Assembly (NCBI GenBank): GCA_023231475.1
Contig: JALJEE010002379.1
Span: 1-64,000 of the forward strand
Length of the DNA: 64,000 nucleotides
Reading direction: 5' to 3'
Source of the DNA: Seison nebaliae
Taxonomy: Eukaryota
Part shown: positions 12,353-24,594 of the stretch, piece after piece
Layout: every line of letters begins with the position of its first letter
How positions within the stretch are numbered: the first letter of the stretch is position 1
Notes under the pieces: model-generated
Seen by the model: only the letters and a program-made list of their open reading frames with translations
The model's database searches: none
Told to the model about the DNA's origin: nothing
Translations under genes and position numbers: made by a program

Positions 12353-13116
12353 AATAAATGTGAAAATAAAGAATCTTATCAATATTATTTATTTCGTTCT
12401 TGTCTAGAAAATTGATTGGACATCAAATTTAGTTTTCCATAGATATTTATTAACGTCATTCGTCGATTGTCTCATAATATATAAATTAAAAAAGAAAATT
12501 GTTATTAAAATTCATTTTCAATCAGTTTCTTTAACTTGAAACGTTTCTTTAACTTAACAATTTTCAGTTTTCTTCCAACTCTCAAAATTTCACATTTTTT
12601 TACTTGAGATATTTCAATTTTTAAGATTTTAGATAATTTAAGAATTTCGGGTTCTTTTTTAAGTTTTTAAATTTCAGGTTTTTTTTGGGATCTTGAAATT
12701 TAAGTCACAAAATTTCTCATTTTTTTTTTGAGCCAAAAAATTTCAAATTATTATAATTTTAAGAATTTCATTTTTTTTTAAATTGAAAAGTATCAAAAAC
12801 TTTTTTTTTGCTCGATAGTTTTGAAAATAATGAAAAATGTGAAGATAAGAACGAATTTAATTTTTGGTCTAACAATTTTTTGTAAAATAAAAGAAAGACA
12901 TTGAGAATAATGAGGAAAGGGAATAATGAGATTTAATTTAGTTCCACACGATTTTCAGAAGAGGATAATTTGGAGGCATGAAGAAAAGAAGAGAATAAAT
13001 AGATATTGTGAGTAAAAATTTGAAAATTTTTCCAAATCTAAAGAACAAGCGCTCGGGAAACCCATATAGAAGAGATATAAATTTCGGGGAGGAGAATTCA
13101 CAGAAAAGTTTTGAGG

Positions 13117-13617
13117 ATGAATATTAGACGTGCGAAAGCGGATGACATGTTGAGAATGCAGCAATGCAATTTGATTTGTCTACCTGAGAATTATCAATAT
13201 AAATATTATCTTTTTCACTTTTTAACGTGGCCACAATTGTCGTATGTGGCGGAGGATTATGATGGTAACATTGTCGGTTATGTGTTGGCTAAAATGGCGG
13301 AGGATGAATATGATTCTCATGGACAATTAGTTGGTATACCTCATGGACATATTACATCGTTAGCTGTGAAGAGAACTCATCGACGTTTGGGATTAGCAAA
13401 ACAATTGATGGAATGTGCAACGAGAGCGATGGCGGAGAATTATCACGCGAGGAAAGTGTCGTTACATGTTCGTGTATCTAATCGAGCTGCATTGAGTCTA
13501 TATCGAGATACATTACAATTCGAAGTGAATCACATTGAGAGACAATATTATGCTGATGGTGAAGATGCATATTCGATGATGAGAAAAATAGAGACTGAAA
13601 AAATTTGCGCTTCCTAA
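13117..13617 (+). CDS. NAA10: N-alpha-acetyltransferase 10 (NatA catalytic subunit), intronless
   Basis: MNIR..., [65 protein letters not shown]. Confidence 0.96.
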   Translation: MNIRRAKADDMLRMQQCNLICLPENYQYKYYLFHFLTWPQLSYVAEDYDGNIVGYVLAKMAEDEYDSHGQLVGIPHGHITSLAVKRTHRRLGLAKQLMECATRAMAENYHARKVSLHVRVSNRAALSLYRDTLQFEVNHIERQYYADGEDAYSMMRKIETEKICAS

Positions 13618-13753
13618 ATTCTTTTTTGTTTTGTTTGAGTTGAAAAAAAAATATGAAAAAATTTAGTTTTATATAATGAAATAAATGAGAGAAATGTATG
13701 AGAAATTAAGAAATAATCCTAATAAGAATTCATTCATAAACCGATCGGATTGA

Positions 13754-15609
13754 ATGAATCGATTGAAATTGAGTGAGAAGAGAAATGGAAAAGATGAATC
13801 TTCGGTCGATCGAAGACACAGATCGTCTTCATCACAACGAAATCGTCCACATAATTACATTAAACTGAGTGAGAAGAAGAAAACAAAATCCGTTTCTAAT
13901 ACCGTTCTAGTGAAGACGAGTGAGAATGTTGGTAAGAAAGTTTTTTCGAAAAATCTGCGACTTCATGAAAAAAGTTATTGGAGGAGTAGTAAGTCGAATA
14001 GTGAGGTGAAATATTCAAATAATAATATTATTGATGAGAGGAATGTGAATTTCTCTTTGACGAAATTACCACGAAAAGAATTTCTTGCAGTCGACCAAAA
14101 TAATAAACCATTACATCAACGATCAGATACGTTAATTTTTATTATTTAATTTTCTTCAATTTAAATTTATGTTAGATCCAGATATAAGATAGCGAGTCAT
14201 TCTACTCAAACATCAGGATATCCATTTAAAGATTGTCAGACATCGACGGATAATGTCCGATCGATTGGAGTAAATGCAGTCGAAGTATTCGATCGAAAAG
14301 AATTTGTACGATCAGTAAATAAGAAAAGTTTATTAGAATTTTTGAAGAGAATGGAAGAGATGTTGGAAGTGTCATTAAAAACGAATGAAATGAATAAAAT
14401 AAATTTTGATGTGGATTGGAGTGACGACTCTATCGAAAATACGAGAGTCATTCGAACATTTAAATTATTCGATCCTTATCATAACGTCAAAAAGAATGAT
14501 ATGTTCATTGTGACGGGTATTTGCTGGAATAGAATTGGAACGAAATTTGCTGTTGCTTTTGGTCAGATTGATCACGAATCATGGTGTTCACATAAATCAT
14601 GGATGATGGTTTATTCGATTTATACGAGTCAAACAAAAACTTTTTTCCAAACTGATTTATCAGCATGTTGTAGCTCCATTTCTTTCCATCCATTAAATGA
14701 TTCGATTATCGCTCTTGGTCAATTTAATGGAGAGGTTTTCATTCATGATATTCATCGACATTTATCTGATTCGATTTTATGTCGAATTGTAGAAAAGAAT
14801 AATATCCATCATGATTCCGTTTCTCATATCGATTGGATTTATGATACTTTATTCAAAAAGAAACGATATCTCGTTAGTTTCATTTATCGATTATATTTTA
14901 ACAATAATTAATTCATCAGTTATTATCTATTAGTAATGATGGCGCTGTTCGTATATGGCAACCATATCCAAAAAGACATGATTTCATTTTATTATATAAT
15001 TCAAAATTGAATTTAATGTCAGTTATGAAGAAGAAGTTACCACTTCCACTTACCATGTCTATTTCGTCGTCATCGAATGTGTTTGATAAAGTTCCCATAA
15101 TGATAGTGGGATCGAATGTTGGTCAATTAGTTCGTTGTTTCTTGAAAGAGATCGACAATGATGAACAAATGAAAACTTTATATAATTATGAACCGGAATT
15201 AGCATTTATCACCAATATATCCGTCTCTTATTTAGTGCCCAAATATTTTTTGGTAACGACATCAGACGGAAATGTCTCCATTCGACAATTGAACGAATTC
15301 GAACCAGTTATTCGATTATCAGTCAATGGAAGGAATATTACGAGTTCAGCTTGGTCTCCATTTCGTGCGAGTGTCTTCCTCCTCGCCACCGACGACAATC
15401 AAGTTCATATATTCGATTTGTATGAAGTGAACAATTATTCGGTGGAACGACTGAAATTTCCATCGAATGTCACTCGCATCTCATTCAACAATAAACAGCC
15501 TGGACTCATTCTACTCGGTCATCAAGATGGCGATGTTACCATATTGGAATTGGCATCAAAATTGAATAAAATGAATCCGAAAATTATGAAATTTATGAAT
15601 AGTCTATGA
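13754..15609 (+). CDS. DYNC2I2: Cytoplasmic dynein-2 intermediate chain WDR34 (3 exons)
   Basis: VTGICWNRIGTKFAVAFGQIDHESWCSHKS matches the WDR34 signature; multiple WD40 repeats (WSPFRASVF). Introns GTTAAT...TAG and GTTAGT...CAG. Confidence 0.82.
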
Positions 15610-15627
15610 ATCATCTCTATTTTCTTT

Positions 15628-15652
15628 CTCTCTCTCTCTCTCTCTCTCTCTC
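15628..15652. repeat. (CT)n microsatellite between two convergent stop codons
   Basis: About 12 CT units, directly visible. Confidence 0.9.
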
Positions 15653-16738
15653 ATAACATTTGTAATAATTTCATTAAATTCTTGTTCATATTAAGAGAAT
15701 TGCATCTTTTGGGTAACGATTGAAAATCAGCACTCTCCAAATTGTCTTTCTGATAATCTGGCATCTCTTCCGTATCTTCCGTTCTATTCATTTAAATATT
15801 TTGCAAGAGAAATTTCAAAGAAAATATTAACACAAATTGATGATAGAGAATTCTTTCGAGAAACGAAGCGATACCGATAAATAATTCATAATCGATACGT
15901 TTCTCACGATCCAATTCGATTAAATCGAATACCTCGTTCAGTTGTTCCTCGCCCACTCCTCCACTATGCACTTCTTTCAATGATAATATCAAATTCTAAA
16001 ATTCAGGAAATAAATGACGAATGGAGAACAAGAAAAAATTGAGGAAACATTAAACGACATATCACCATCTTTTCCATCTTTCAATTTTTCGAAAATTCTT
16101 TTGTATAATGCATTCCGTCTCACCGATACACGACAATAAGAACACAAATATTCTATCGTTGACATTTCTTTTTTGTTGTTGATGAATAATAAACAAAATT
16201 TAAATTTTCCAGATATAATTAAAAGTTTCCAATTCATCATTTTCAATGATTTAATGATATTATTAATTTAAAAATTTATAATGAAATTGAATTGAGAAAA
16301 AACTTTGAAGTAGTCGGATGTCGATGGGAAGTTCAAAACGAGCCGATTGTTTTGACAACGCTAAACGACCATAAGTTTTCGTCTGAATAACATTTTGGGA
16401 TATATCATAAATTGAAAGAAAATTAACAGACAAATTCATCTTTCGAAACGATTTGAAACGATTCACAACATTCGGTAGATGGTAAAATGTCGAATTACTC
16501 TTACTATTCGAACCTTCAATGCGAGATGTCGGATTCTTGACAGAAGAAAGATATAAATTATCATATTTTTTTTTTACTAAAGTCGAAGTAAATGAACTTT
16601 TTTGGAATGATGATGAACTCCCAAACTGAATTGAGTTGACTTCGAATATTTCTTTCTGAAGAAATGGTCCTGATATAATTGAAGAAATTGAGCTTCGTTT
16701 CGTTCCTTTCTTTACGAGAGAAGAATTACTTTCTTTCT
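15651..16738 (-). CDS. Uncharacterised EF-hand-like protein, at least 5 exons; 5' end uncertain
   Basis: Exons splice in frame through four GTT...AG introns to give ...ARFELPIDIRLL..MSTIEYLCSYCRVSVRRNALYKRIF..KDGKDGDMSF...LIELDREKRIDYELFIGIASFLERIL...ESADF. Confidence 0.65.
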
Positions 16739-17466
16739 AATCACAATAATATTTGTTGGAATAATTAAGGAATTAAATTTGAGGGAGGTCTGACATAAGA
16801 GAATGATTCCAAATACAAAAACTTCATTCCACAATTCCTTCAAATATGTGCAACGTATGTGTACTATTGTGCTTGTGTGGATTGTGTGTTTGTGTGTGTG
16901 AATATGTGTAGGAAGAAGTTAACACTTATCGTTATATTCCAAGGCGAAGAAAAGTTTTTTTTTGTCGTTTGATTCTTAAGGACGATCGTCTTGAATAATG
17001 GAAGTAAATCTTCTTATTAAGAATTAAATAATAAAGGATTTAGCAGTAGGCACTGGTAACCAAGTCGAAGTAACGAACTAATAAGTTTTACATTCAATCA
17101 ATAAACTTTTTCTTTTGATTCATTCATTGTGATTGTTCTGTATGAAAATTCAGTTCTATTCACTAACATGTATTTGCTAAATATGATGATATTATTTCAT
17201 AGACGGTTGTAATTATAATTTCGATCTTATAAAATTTATGTATATTCCGAAGGAATTATCAACAACTATTTTAACGTATAACTCCTAATCACAAAAAATG
17301 GACATGATAAGATGATTATGATTTATATTTATTCACTAAATCATATTTGAATTACCAAATTATATTTATCAAATTCTTTCAAATAATATTATGAATAAAA
17401 TTTACTTTCCAAAAATTTTTCTCAGGATTTTAAAATTTGTTTTTTTCTCATTATAAAAAATTTAAC

Positions 17467-17748
17467 TTTTCAATTTCCTTCATTTCTTTTATGTTATTCT
17501 TCGATTTCTTCAAGATTCCCTTTGGTTTTGTTGATATCGTAAGTTGTTTGACAGTCACCTCTACATTCTCCCAAACCAATAAACTGAGCGAATTACTTCG
17601 ATAAATTGATGGTTTTAATGCTGAAATTAGAAAGTATTAAAACGAGATCAAATAAAGAAGAACAATCATCTTCAATACTATTCGTTTCCATCAGTCTAAT
17701 TAATGACTTGTCATCATGGGACCATTTCCGATAATGTTTCTTTTCCAT
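17467..17748 (-). CDS. Candidate upstream exons, probably of the 15651-16738 gene
   Basis: MEKKHYRKWSHDDKSL...EDD, a GTT...CAG intron, then LKPSIYRSNSL...KPKGILKKSK in frame. The join to 16738 is not resolved. Confidence 0.4.
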
Positions 17749-18163
17749 TTAGATGAAGAGTTTCTCAATAAAATTTTAAAAGAATTTTTCTTCAGGAAAA
17801 AGTACAGAAAAAATACAAAGAAATTCGAATAAACAAAATATTTGGAGGGAGAATGTCCTACGACTATTCGTCTGCTTAATCTTCGTTTGTTAATGACGAT
17901 GTTTATGGAATGATTTCTTCCAGAAATTCGCTGACATTATTGATGGACATAACTGTGATGTGTCAACGTGACATATTTTACGATAAGAGAACGAATTGAC
18001 ATTCGGAAAAAATTTTATTTGAAAAAACATCTTTTCAAAAGTTACTTAACTTCTCGGTAAAATCTCGTAAAATAAAATGAGAAGAATGGAAGTGACATAT
18101 TGACATGTCGAAAAAGAAAACAGGTTTTCATTGAAGGAAATGTCGTTAATATTCTGCTCCAAT

Positions 18164-19318
18164 CTATCGGAATTTGTGATGACCTGTATTGAACATCTCA
18201 TCTAATCAATCGAATTTTTGAGAGACATTTAATAATGGAAAGAATAAAATTAAAACATGTTCCATTGATTTGTGTTGCATCGCTATTCATGACGGTGAAA
18301 GTGGCTAGAAATGCATCACGTGACTAAAGAAAAAAATATTGAAGTAAAATAATAAAGAAGAGAACACGTAGATCAGGAAGACATTGTCCAAGACACTGTA
18401 ATAACAATGGCTCTTTTATTACACTTTCACGATAATCATTAAATGATATTCTACCGTCAGCATCCAAATCCTGGTTGATTTTGAATTGAAATTTATTTTA
18501 TGATTTTATCTGCTTCCTAACCATTTTCCTCATGATTAATTCGACGAGATCTTTGAAAACATCATCAGGATCTTCATCAGCTGTTTTCTATAAATATTAT
18601 CAACACGATCAACGTGGAAATTTTATGAAGTTCAAATTTAACGTAGACAATACAATTTTTGAAGAACGGATAAATTTCTTCACGTAAAATGTATCGTTCC
18701 CCTGTGATGTCGTAGACCGTGTAACAGACTAACAAGTGGAAAATTAAGAAATTGGAAAGTGGAGTATAATTATCAGGAAAAAGAAGTCGAGTGTAATTCT
18801 AAGCATTTAATTTGTTCGTCTAATGTTCCTCGGAGGAAAACGGACATTCCGGTCAACCAAGATCTCATGGTAATCCATCCTTCATTCTTCGAATCAAATG
18901 CTCGAAATACTTTAAATGATTTTTATGTTTCCTATATCTTTTCAGTCGTCAGTTGAACGGAATGTGAACCTCGATCAGATAACGAATTTCCCGTCATGTC
19001 GAAGGTGTTATAAATGAGATCTCGAAATTTTATTCTATCCATCCGATCATATCCATTCGTCAATTTACTAAAGATAATTAATAATGCTTCAATTTCAGCT
19101 TTTGTCCCTTTTTAACATAAGTTTTAATTAATATAATATATAATTAATTAGAGGAATTTTTATTAACAATGGACACTGTGCTGGATATTTTCCATGACGG
19201 TTTGCATCTCCTTCCGAGTGATCATAACCATGTCATGGTTCTCCTCCTGTCCCATCGTATTCAGTCCTCTCATGGGTGACACTTGCATCTTCTTCTTATC
19301 ATTCTTTCCCTTTTCCAT
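18164..19318 (-). CDS. EFCAB1: Calaxin / EF-hand calcium-binding domain protein 1 (8 exons, missed by the ORF track)
   Basis: Spliced product includes MDRIKFRDLIYNTFDMT...DR|VFRAFD...GMSVFLRGTLDEQIK|FCYTVYD...DEDPDDVFKDLVELIMRKM|DLDADGRISFNDY...EPLLLQCLGQCLPD. Six GTT introns and one GC-AG intron. Confidence 0.9.
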
Positions 19319-20185
19319 TCGGTGATAATCGCGCAAAAAATTAGAGAAGTTAAATTGGAAATTGACTCAAATGTCTAATGTATATTTTTTATTAAACAAC
19401 TTTGTCAGAAACGATCAAATTCGACGGAAAAAAAAAACGTTGAGATTATTCGTTTAAATTCCAGAAGAAAATTCATTAGAAGAATATTCGTTCAATTTTC
19501 TTTCGAAAAATTAACGACTTTATTACCGTTATAATCATAATACAACAAAGGAATAATATATGTAAGGAGTCAAACGAGTAATTCAAAATTGAAACATGTT
19601 TAAAATATAGAGAATTGAGGAAGGAACAATTTATTTGAAATGAATGAGGAAATTGATAGATGGGAATTAATTAATAATCAGATGGACAATCATTGAACAT
19701 CAATTATGAATGATTCGATGAGAGGAAGGAAGACGAAGGAACATGAATCGAAGTATCAACATTTGTGAAAAGTTTTTGTGGAAAGTAAGTGAAAAAAAAC
19801 AGGAGAAGATTTAGATGAATATTATTTTGATTGTTCCTTTATTGAATGATATTATTTTTTGAAGAAATTGATTTTTTTTCTCAATAAATAAAAGTAGATG
19901 ATTTTAAGGCGAAAATTGAAAGGAATATATCGAAAATGCATCGACGAATTCCATGTGAGAAGATGTGTCTGTTTGAAGTGCGTATATTTATATGTTTGTA
20001 TGTGAATAAATGGATGAAAATATAAGAGAATAATTTAGATGCAAAAAAAAGGAGAGAAAGAAATGTCAATTTGGATGAATATCAATTAGGAAATTGATGT
20101 TAATAAAACTTTATCGCTCTTGGTGAATGGATGACGATGTGGTATTGGTAATGCGTCGAGTAATGAAGCATTTCTCAAGACAAAC

Positions 20186-20392
20186 TCAAAGTGTCGTACA
20201 TTTCCTACTGTGTTTCCATGGATTAAGATCAGCTGAAGGGAATCCACTCACCAGCACATCGTTATCTTGATTATTCAACACATAATCCATCATTTCCTTG
20301 ATGGCGGTGGATATTTTCATTCTTTTCATTTGACTATGAATTCGGAGGAGGGGAATATCAGCCATTAATTTCGTCGGATCTAAATCAGCCAT
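20186..20392 (-). CDS. Heterotrimeric G-protein gamma subunit
   Basis: 68 aa with MKRMKISTAIKEMMDYV, DVLVSG, NPW and a C-terminal CaaX (CTTL). Confidence 0.9.
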   Translation of the reverse strand: MADLDPTKLMADIPLLRIHSQMKRMKISTAIKEMMDYVLNNQDNDVLVSGFPSADLNPWKHSRKCTTL

Positions 20393-21171
20393 TCTCTCAC
20401 AAAAAGTAATAAATGAATGAATGTGGGACGAAGGAATGAGAAAGTATAAATGTCAATGAGTGAGTGAGAGAGGGAAGAATATCTGCACGAATTATGATAA
20501 ATGAATTAAGTAGGAGAAGTTTCATTAAATTTATTGAAAATTTCCTGCGTGACATAAAAAGAAGAAAGGAATAGAATAAGAGAGCGAAAAATCATTTTTA
20601 AAATGAGTTATGGAAACATCTCTCTATATCTGATGCTTGATGTTGAAGTAGTGAGGAGGAAAGGATGTGAAAGTCTCTCTTGGTAGCACAGAAGAATTAT
20701 CTTTCAACACATGAAAAATTGAAGCAGATGGAATGAAAAAGAAGCAGAAAACATAAGTTCATGGTGGCAATGCATCATCATATTAACGTTCACATCATCA
20801 CGAATAACAACAACATTCCTTCTACCTCCATCTACACTCCAATATAACGGGAGATGATGCATCACACACTGGTGTATACATATAAATATAAAAAAGAAAA
20901 TAAATGAAATATATCTTCATATATATCTCATATGAAGATATATTAATAGATAAAAAAATTCAAATTAAATCGACCTTAATATTATAGTTCTCCATAATCA
21001 TTTTAATTGATCAGATCACACTAATGCAATTGTAGAAGCGAAATTAAAATTTTAATTGAATCTAATTCTAAGCTTTCTTCCTAACTAGAATTGTCTATAT
21101 AATTTCCCTTATAATTAGTAATTATTATATATCTTCTCTTTTAGAAATATTCGGAAGAAAAATAATTAAAA

Positions 21172-21340
21172 AAAAACTTTTCGGCAATTCGAATTGAAAA
21201 AAGAAAGTTTTGTATAATTGAAATAGGAAAAAAACTTTTTGGCAACTGAAAATCTGAAAGAAAAGTTTGCTGTGAATTAAACTGGAGAAAAATTTTCTTG
21301 AAATTCCAAATTGAAATAAAGTTTTTTGTGATTTATATTA
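21172..21340. repeat. Degenerate ~59-bp tandem repeat (about 3 units)
   Basis: AAAAACTTTT..GGCAA..GAA..TGAAA..AAAGTTT..TG recurs at ~59-nt spacing. Confidence 0.45.
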
Positions 21341-21667
21341 AAACGTGGAATTTGAATAGACAGAAATTCATGTAATAAATAGTCGACTTAATTGTATTTA
21401 CTAACACGAGTTGTGTCAAATGAATTTCCGATTTGAATAATAATAATATTTCCAATGACGAAGGTTGTGCAAGAGGAGAATGGATGGGAGAAGCTAAATG
21501 AAAATTGACAAGATTTGGAGTTATCTGACATTTGATAAGAAGCGAAGATGATTGTATGAATTAAAATTAATGTTTTATTTCCATACAACGTCAATGTAGA
21601 TTGAGAAACAGTCAATGATACAAATGACGTTTTTCATAAGATAATTCATAAAAAACAATTTAATAAA

Positions 21668-22157
21668 TTAATCTTTCGATTCCTTCAATTTGTCGTTGAC
21701 GTAAACTTTTTTGAGAATGTAATCGTGTTCGGAACATGATGGACCCAATGACTGTTAGTTAATTATTAAATGAATAATTATGAAAAGGGAAAATAATAAC
21801 TGAGAGAGCGACCACTCCTGCCATGACACCTTTCTTCGGTTTACCGTTCTCATCCATTTTCACCAAACCGACAAATTCTGCCAATGTCTTCCCACAATTC
21901 ACAGTGACTAAAGGAATACCTTTTTCAACACATAACGCTTTCAATAACTTTGTGTATTGTGGTTCGGTGTTCTGGGCAGCCATCAAACATAAAACGGCTT
22001 TGCCTGTATCTAGAAGTCGAATGACTTGTCGAAATCCACAAACAACTTTATCGGCCACTAAAGCATTTCGAACAACGGCTCGTAAGTTTCGTGGAAAATC
22101 TGCATCTGCATTCTCCGAATTCTCCGAAATATTACACTCGACTCTTGTTTCAGCCAT
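21668..22157 (-). CDS. RPS12: 40S ribosomal protein S12 (eS12), divergent, 2 exons
   Basis: L7Ae-fold motifs AVLCLMA..NTEPQYTKLLKALC, LAEFVGLVKMDENGKPKK. One GTT...CAG intron. Confidence 0.87.
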
Positions 22158-22182
22158 TCTCAGATTTTTTCTAATTCGCTTT

Positions 22183-22198
22183 AGAAAGGAAAGGAGAT
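22183..22198 (-). promoter_or_regulatory. Candidate polypyrimidine (TCT / 5'-TOP) start motif of RPS12
   Basis: Minus strand TCTCCTTTCCTTTCT about 26-41 nt upstream of the ATG, typical of metazoan ribosomal-protein genes. The TSS itself is not demonstrated. Confidence 0.45.
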
Positions 22199-23463
22199 AT
22201 CTGGTGAAAGTGAAATGACATTAAATTTGAAAATGATAAGATTGAAAATTTGTTGAATCTCTTTAATTCATGAGAATAGTAATGAAGAAAAAAACGTGAG
22301 TTTCCATCAGCTTACAATTTCAATTTTGAATAGGAAATTTGAGAAAAAAATTTTATGGAAAAAAAATTAATTTACAATTTTTCATTTTCAAATTTTAAGC
22401 TTCAAACACGTTTCCATGACACTTAATTAGTATTATTTAATTAAATTAATTGCCTTGTCGACATTGATGAATTATTTAAAATATTTAATTAAGGAAAAAT
22501 TAAACAATTAATTTATTCAATGGAATTCCGTAATTTAATTTTAAAAAATCTTGAATTTAGAGTTTCTGCTGAACTTCTGAAATTATTACTGAAATTGAAA
22601 ATTAGTTTTTCTGAAAAAGAATTCATGTTCCATTTACCTTCTTAATTATGAGATGAAGTGTTGAAATAAAATTGATTAAAGTTTAATGGCAGAGTCATAA
22701 CTTGATGTGTATGTGTAGGGAGTAGTTGTTGGGTGAGTAACGTCTCCCAACACATGAAGGAATGGTAATGGAATAAAAGAGAAATTGATGAACATGATAA
22801 GAGGACTGTGGGGAAGAAGGAAGGGAATGGTGAAGGAATTACTCTTATGCCTATAATGAATGCGTAAGGCATCATCGAATGTGATGAGATAGATTTGAAT
22901 AATCAGAAAAGTACAAAAAGTTTAGAGATCTGGTCATATAGGAAAACGATTAACGGTGAGAATTTAATCGAGTTCCATCCTTCCTCCTTCAACTAATTGG
23001 ATAACGTTATTGAACAACAATTGTAACAATCATACTCGACACATGAATGTGAGAGTGGAGCAGAGTAGGAACGATAATGTTCATAAATATTCACAAAGGA
23101 AAAAATTCGAAGAATTAGTTGTCTGAACGGATGAAGGATAATAAATATTGGAGAGACGTATTGCACAAGAGATCCAGTTGGTTTCCGTCAAAACTCGTAT
23201 CCATCGGCGAACGGAAAGGCGAATAATATTTTCATGAAAAAATGAAAGAAAACAATATTAAACTTGTGGATTATAAATAAAAGAATTATATTATTAAGAA
23301 TTAACATTTATTGGAACTCTCATATAGGAATTCCGGTATAACACATGCTGATTTGATTGTTGTTATTCAATCTTTTTCAGATAATTCTTCTTGTCTTTTA
23401 TACCAATCTTTCTAGTTTTAAGTGCACATATACTATTCGTTTTAAGCAACTATACTACACTCT

Positions 23464-23498
23464 CTGTGTGCGTTTGTGTGTGTGTGTGTGTGTGTGTG
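23464..23498. repeat. (TG)n microsatellite
   Basis: Directly visible. Confidence 0.85.
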
Positions 23499-24594
23499 GA
23501 GTGATATGATTTAGACATATTTCCAAGTTTAAGTAGGAGATCTTTATACACGTATAAGGTATCTCTGGGTAATTGGGTGATGTGTGTTGTCTCAAACGGT
23601 TAATGATTAATGTTGTGTACAAGTATTAGATTGAGGTAGTTGTGTATTAGATTGAGAGAGTAGTCTAGCTCGGCTAGTTAGCTAATAGTGGGTTGAATGT
23701 TGTACTAGTTAGTCTTGGAAAAGGATTGAGGAACACATTTGTATTGTTAAGTTCATTTCGAATTTCTTATATTCATATTGATAATATTAATTAGAATGAA
23801 AAAGAAAAAAGATAAATAATATCAAGAATAATTATGAGAATCATCACTATATCGTGCATTATTATTATTGAGATTATTATTCTTCTTATAATTATTGAAT
23901 GATCTAGTGAATGGAAGATGTAACAAGAATAGAAATGAGAAATGAGAAAAAGGAAAGAAAGAAATAGAAGAAACGTTTCCGACGCACAAAATGGAAACTT
24001 CTCCTTTCTCTCTCTATTTTCTAAAAGAGAATTATTGTTAATAATAAGAAGAAGATCTCTCCCCTACCACCACTACTACTACTATCGAATCTGTGAAACA
24101 TTGATGAGGAAGAATGCTCAATCATCTATCCGTTTTATGTTTATCTCTGAAGAATGAAACGTTTATGAATTGCTAAATTGCGTTATATCAGCGAAATGGA
24201 TAGATTTAACGTCTATTCGCCATATCATTGAAATTGCGTCTCTTTTAAATATTATCGTGCACTCACTTTCGTCATCGACCATCATCTGTCATAAAATCCC
24301 GGTAGTCTTTTGCAAGAAATCCTTCAACTATTCAACAGACAAGATAGTCCAAAAAAATACAATTCCATCCCAATCCATTAATTTCTCTTCTTCTACTATC
24401 TCTATCTCGTTCGATTAACGTTCATCCAACTGTTGACCGTTATCTTAATCATCGTTTAATTTTTTAAATTCATTTTCTTTTCTTCTAAATATTCAATTAT
24501 CGTCATTTGCGAAAAGACAAACCCTTTTTCTCTTCCTCTCTTTTTCTCCGTTTACTCGTCATTCGAGACGAGTTCAACGAATTGAGGAGATATT

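Noticed and set aside
20908..20944. Perfect 15-bp inverted repeat upstream of the G-gamma gene
   Set aside because: Almost entirely AT and low complexity; no supporting miRNA or MITE features.
22640..23760. Compositionally distinct intergenic blocks that look like TE debris
   Set aside because: No convincing protein motif or terminal structure could be read.
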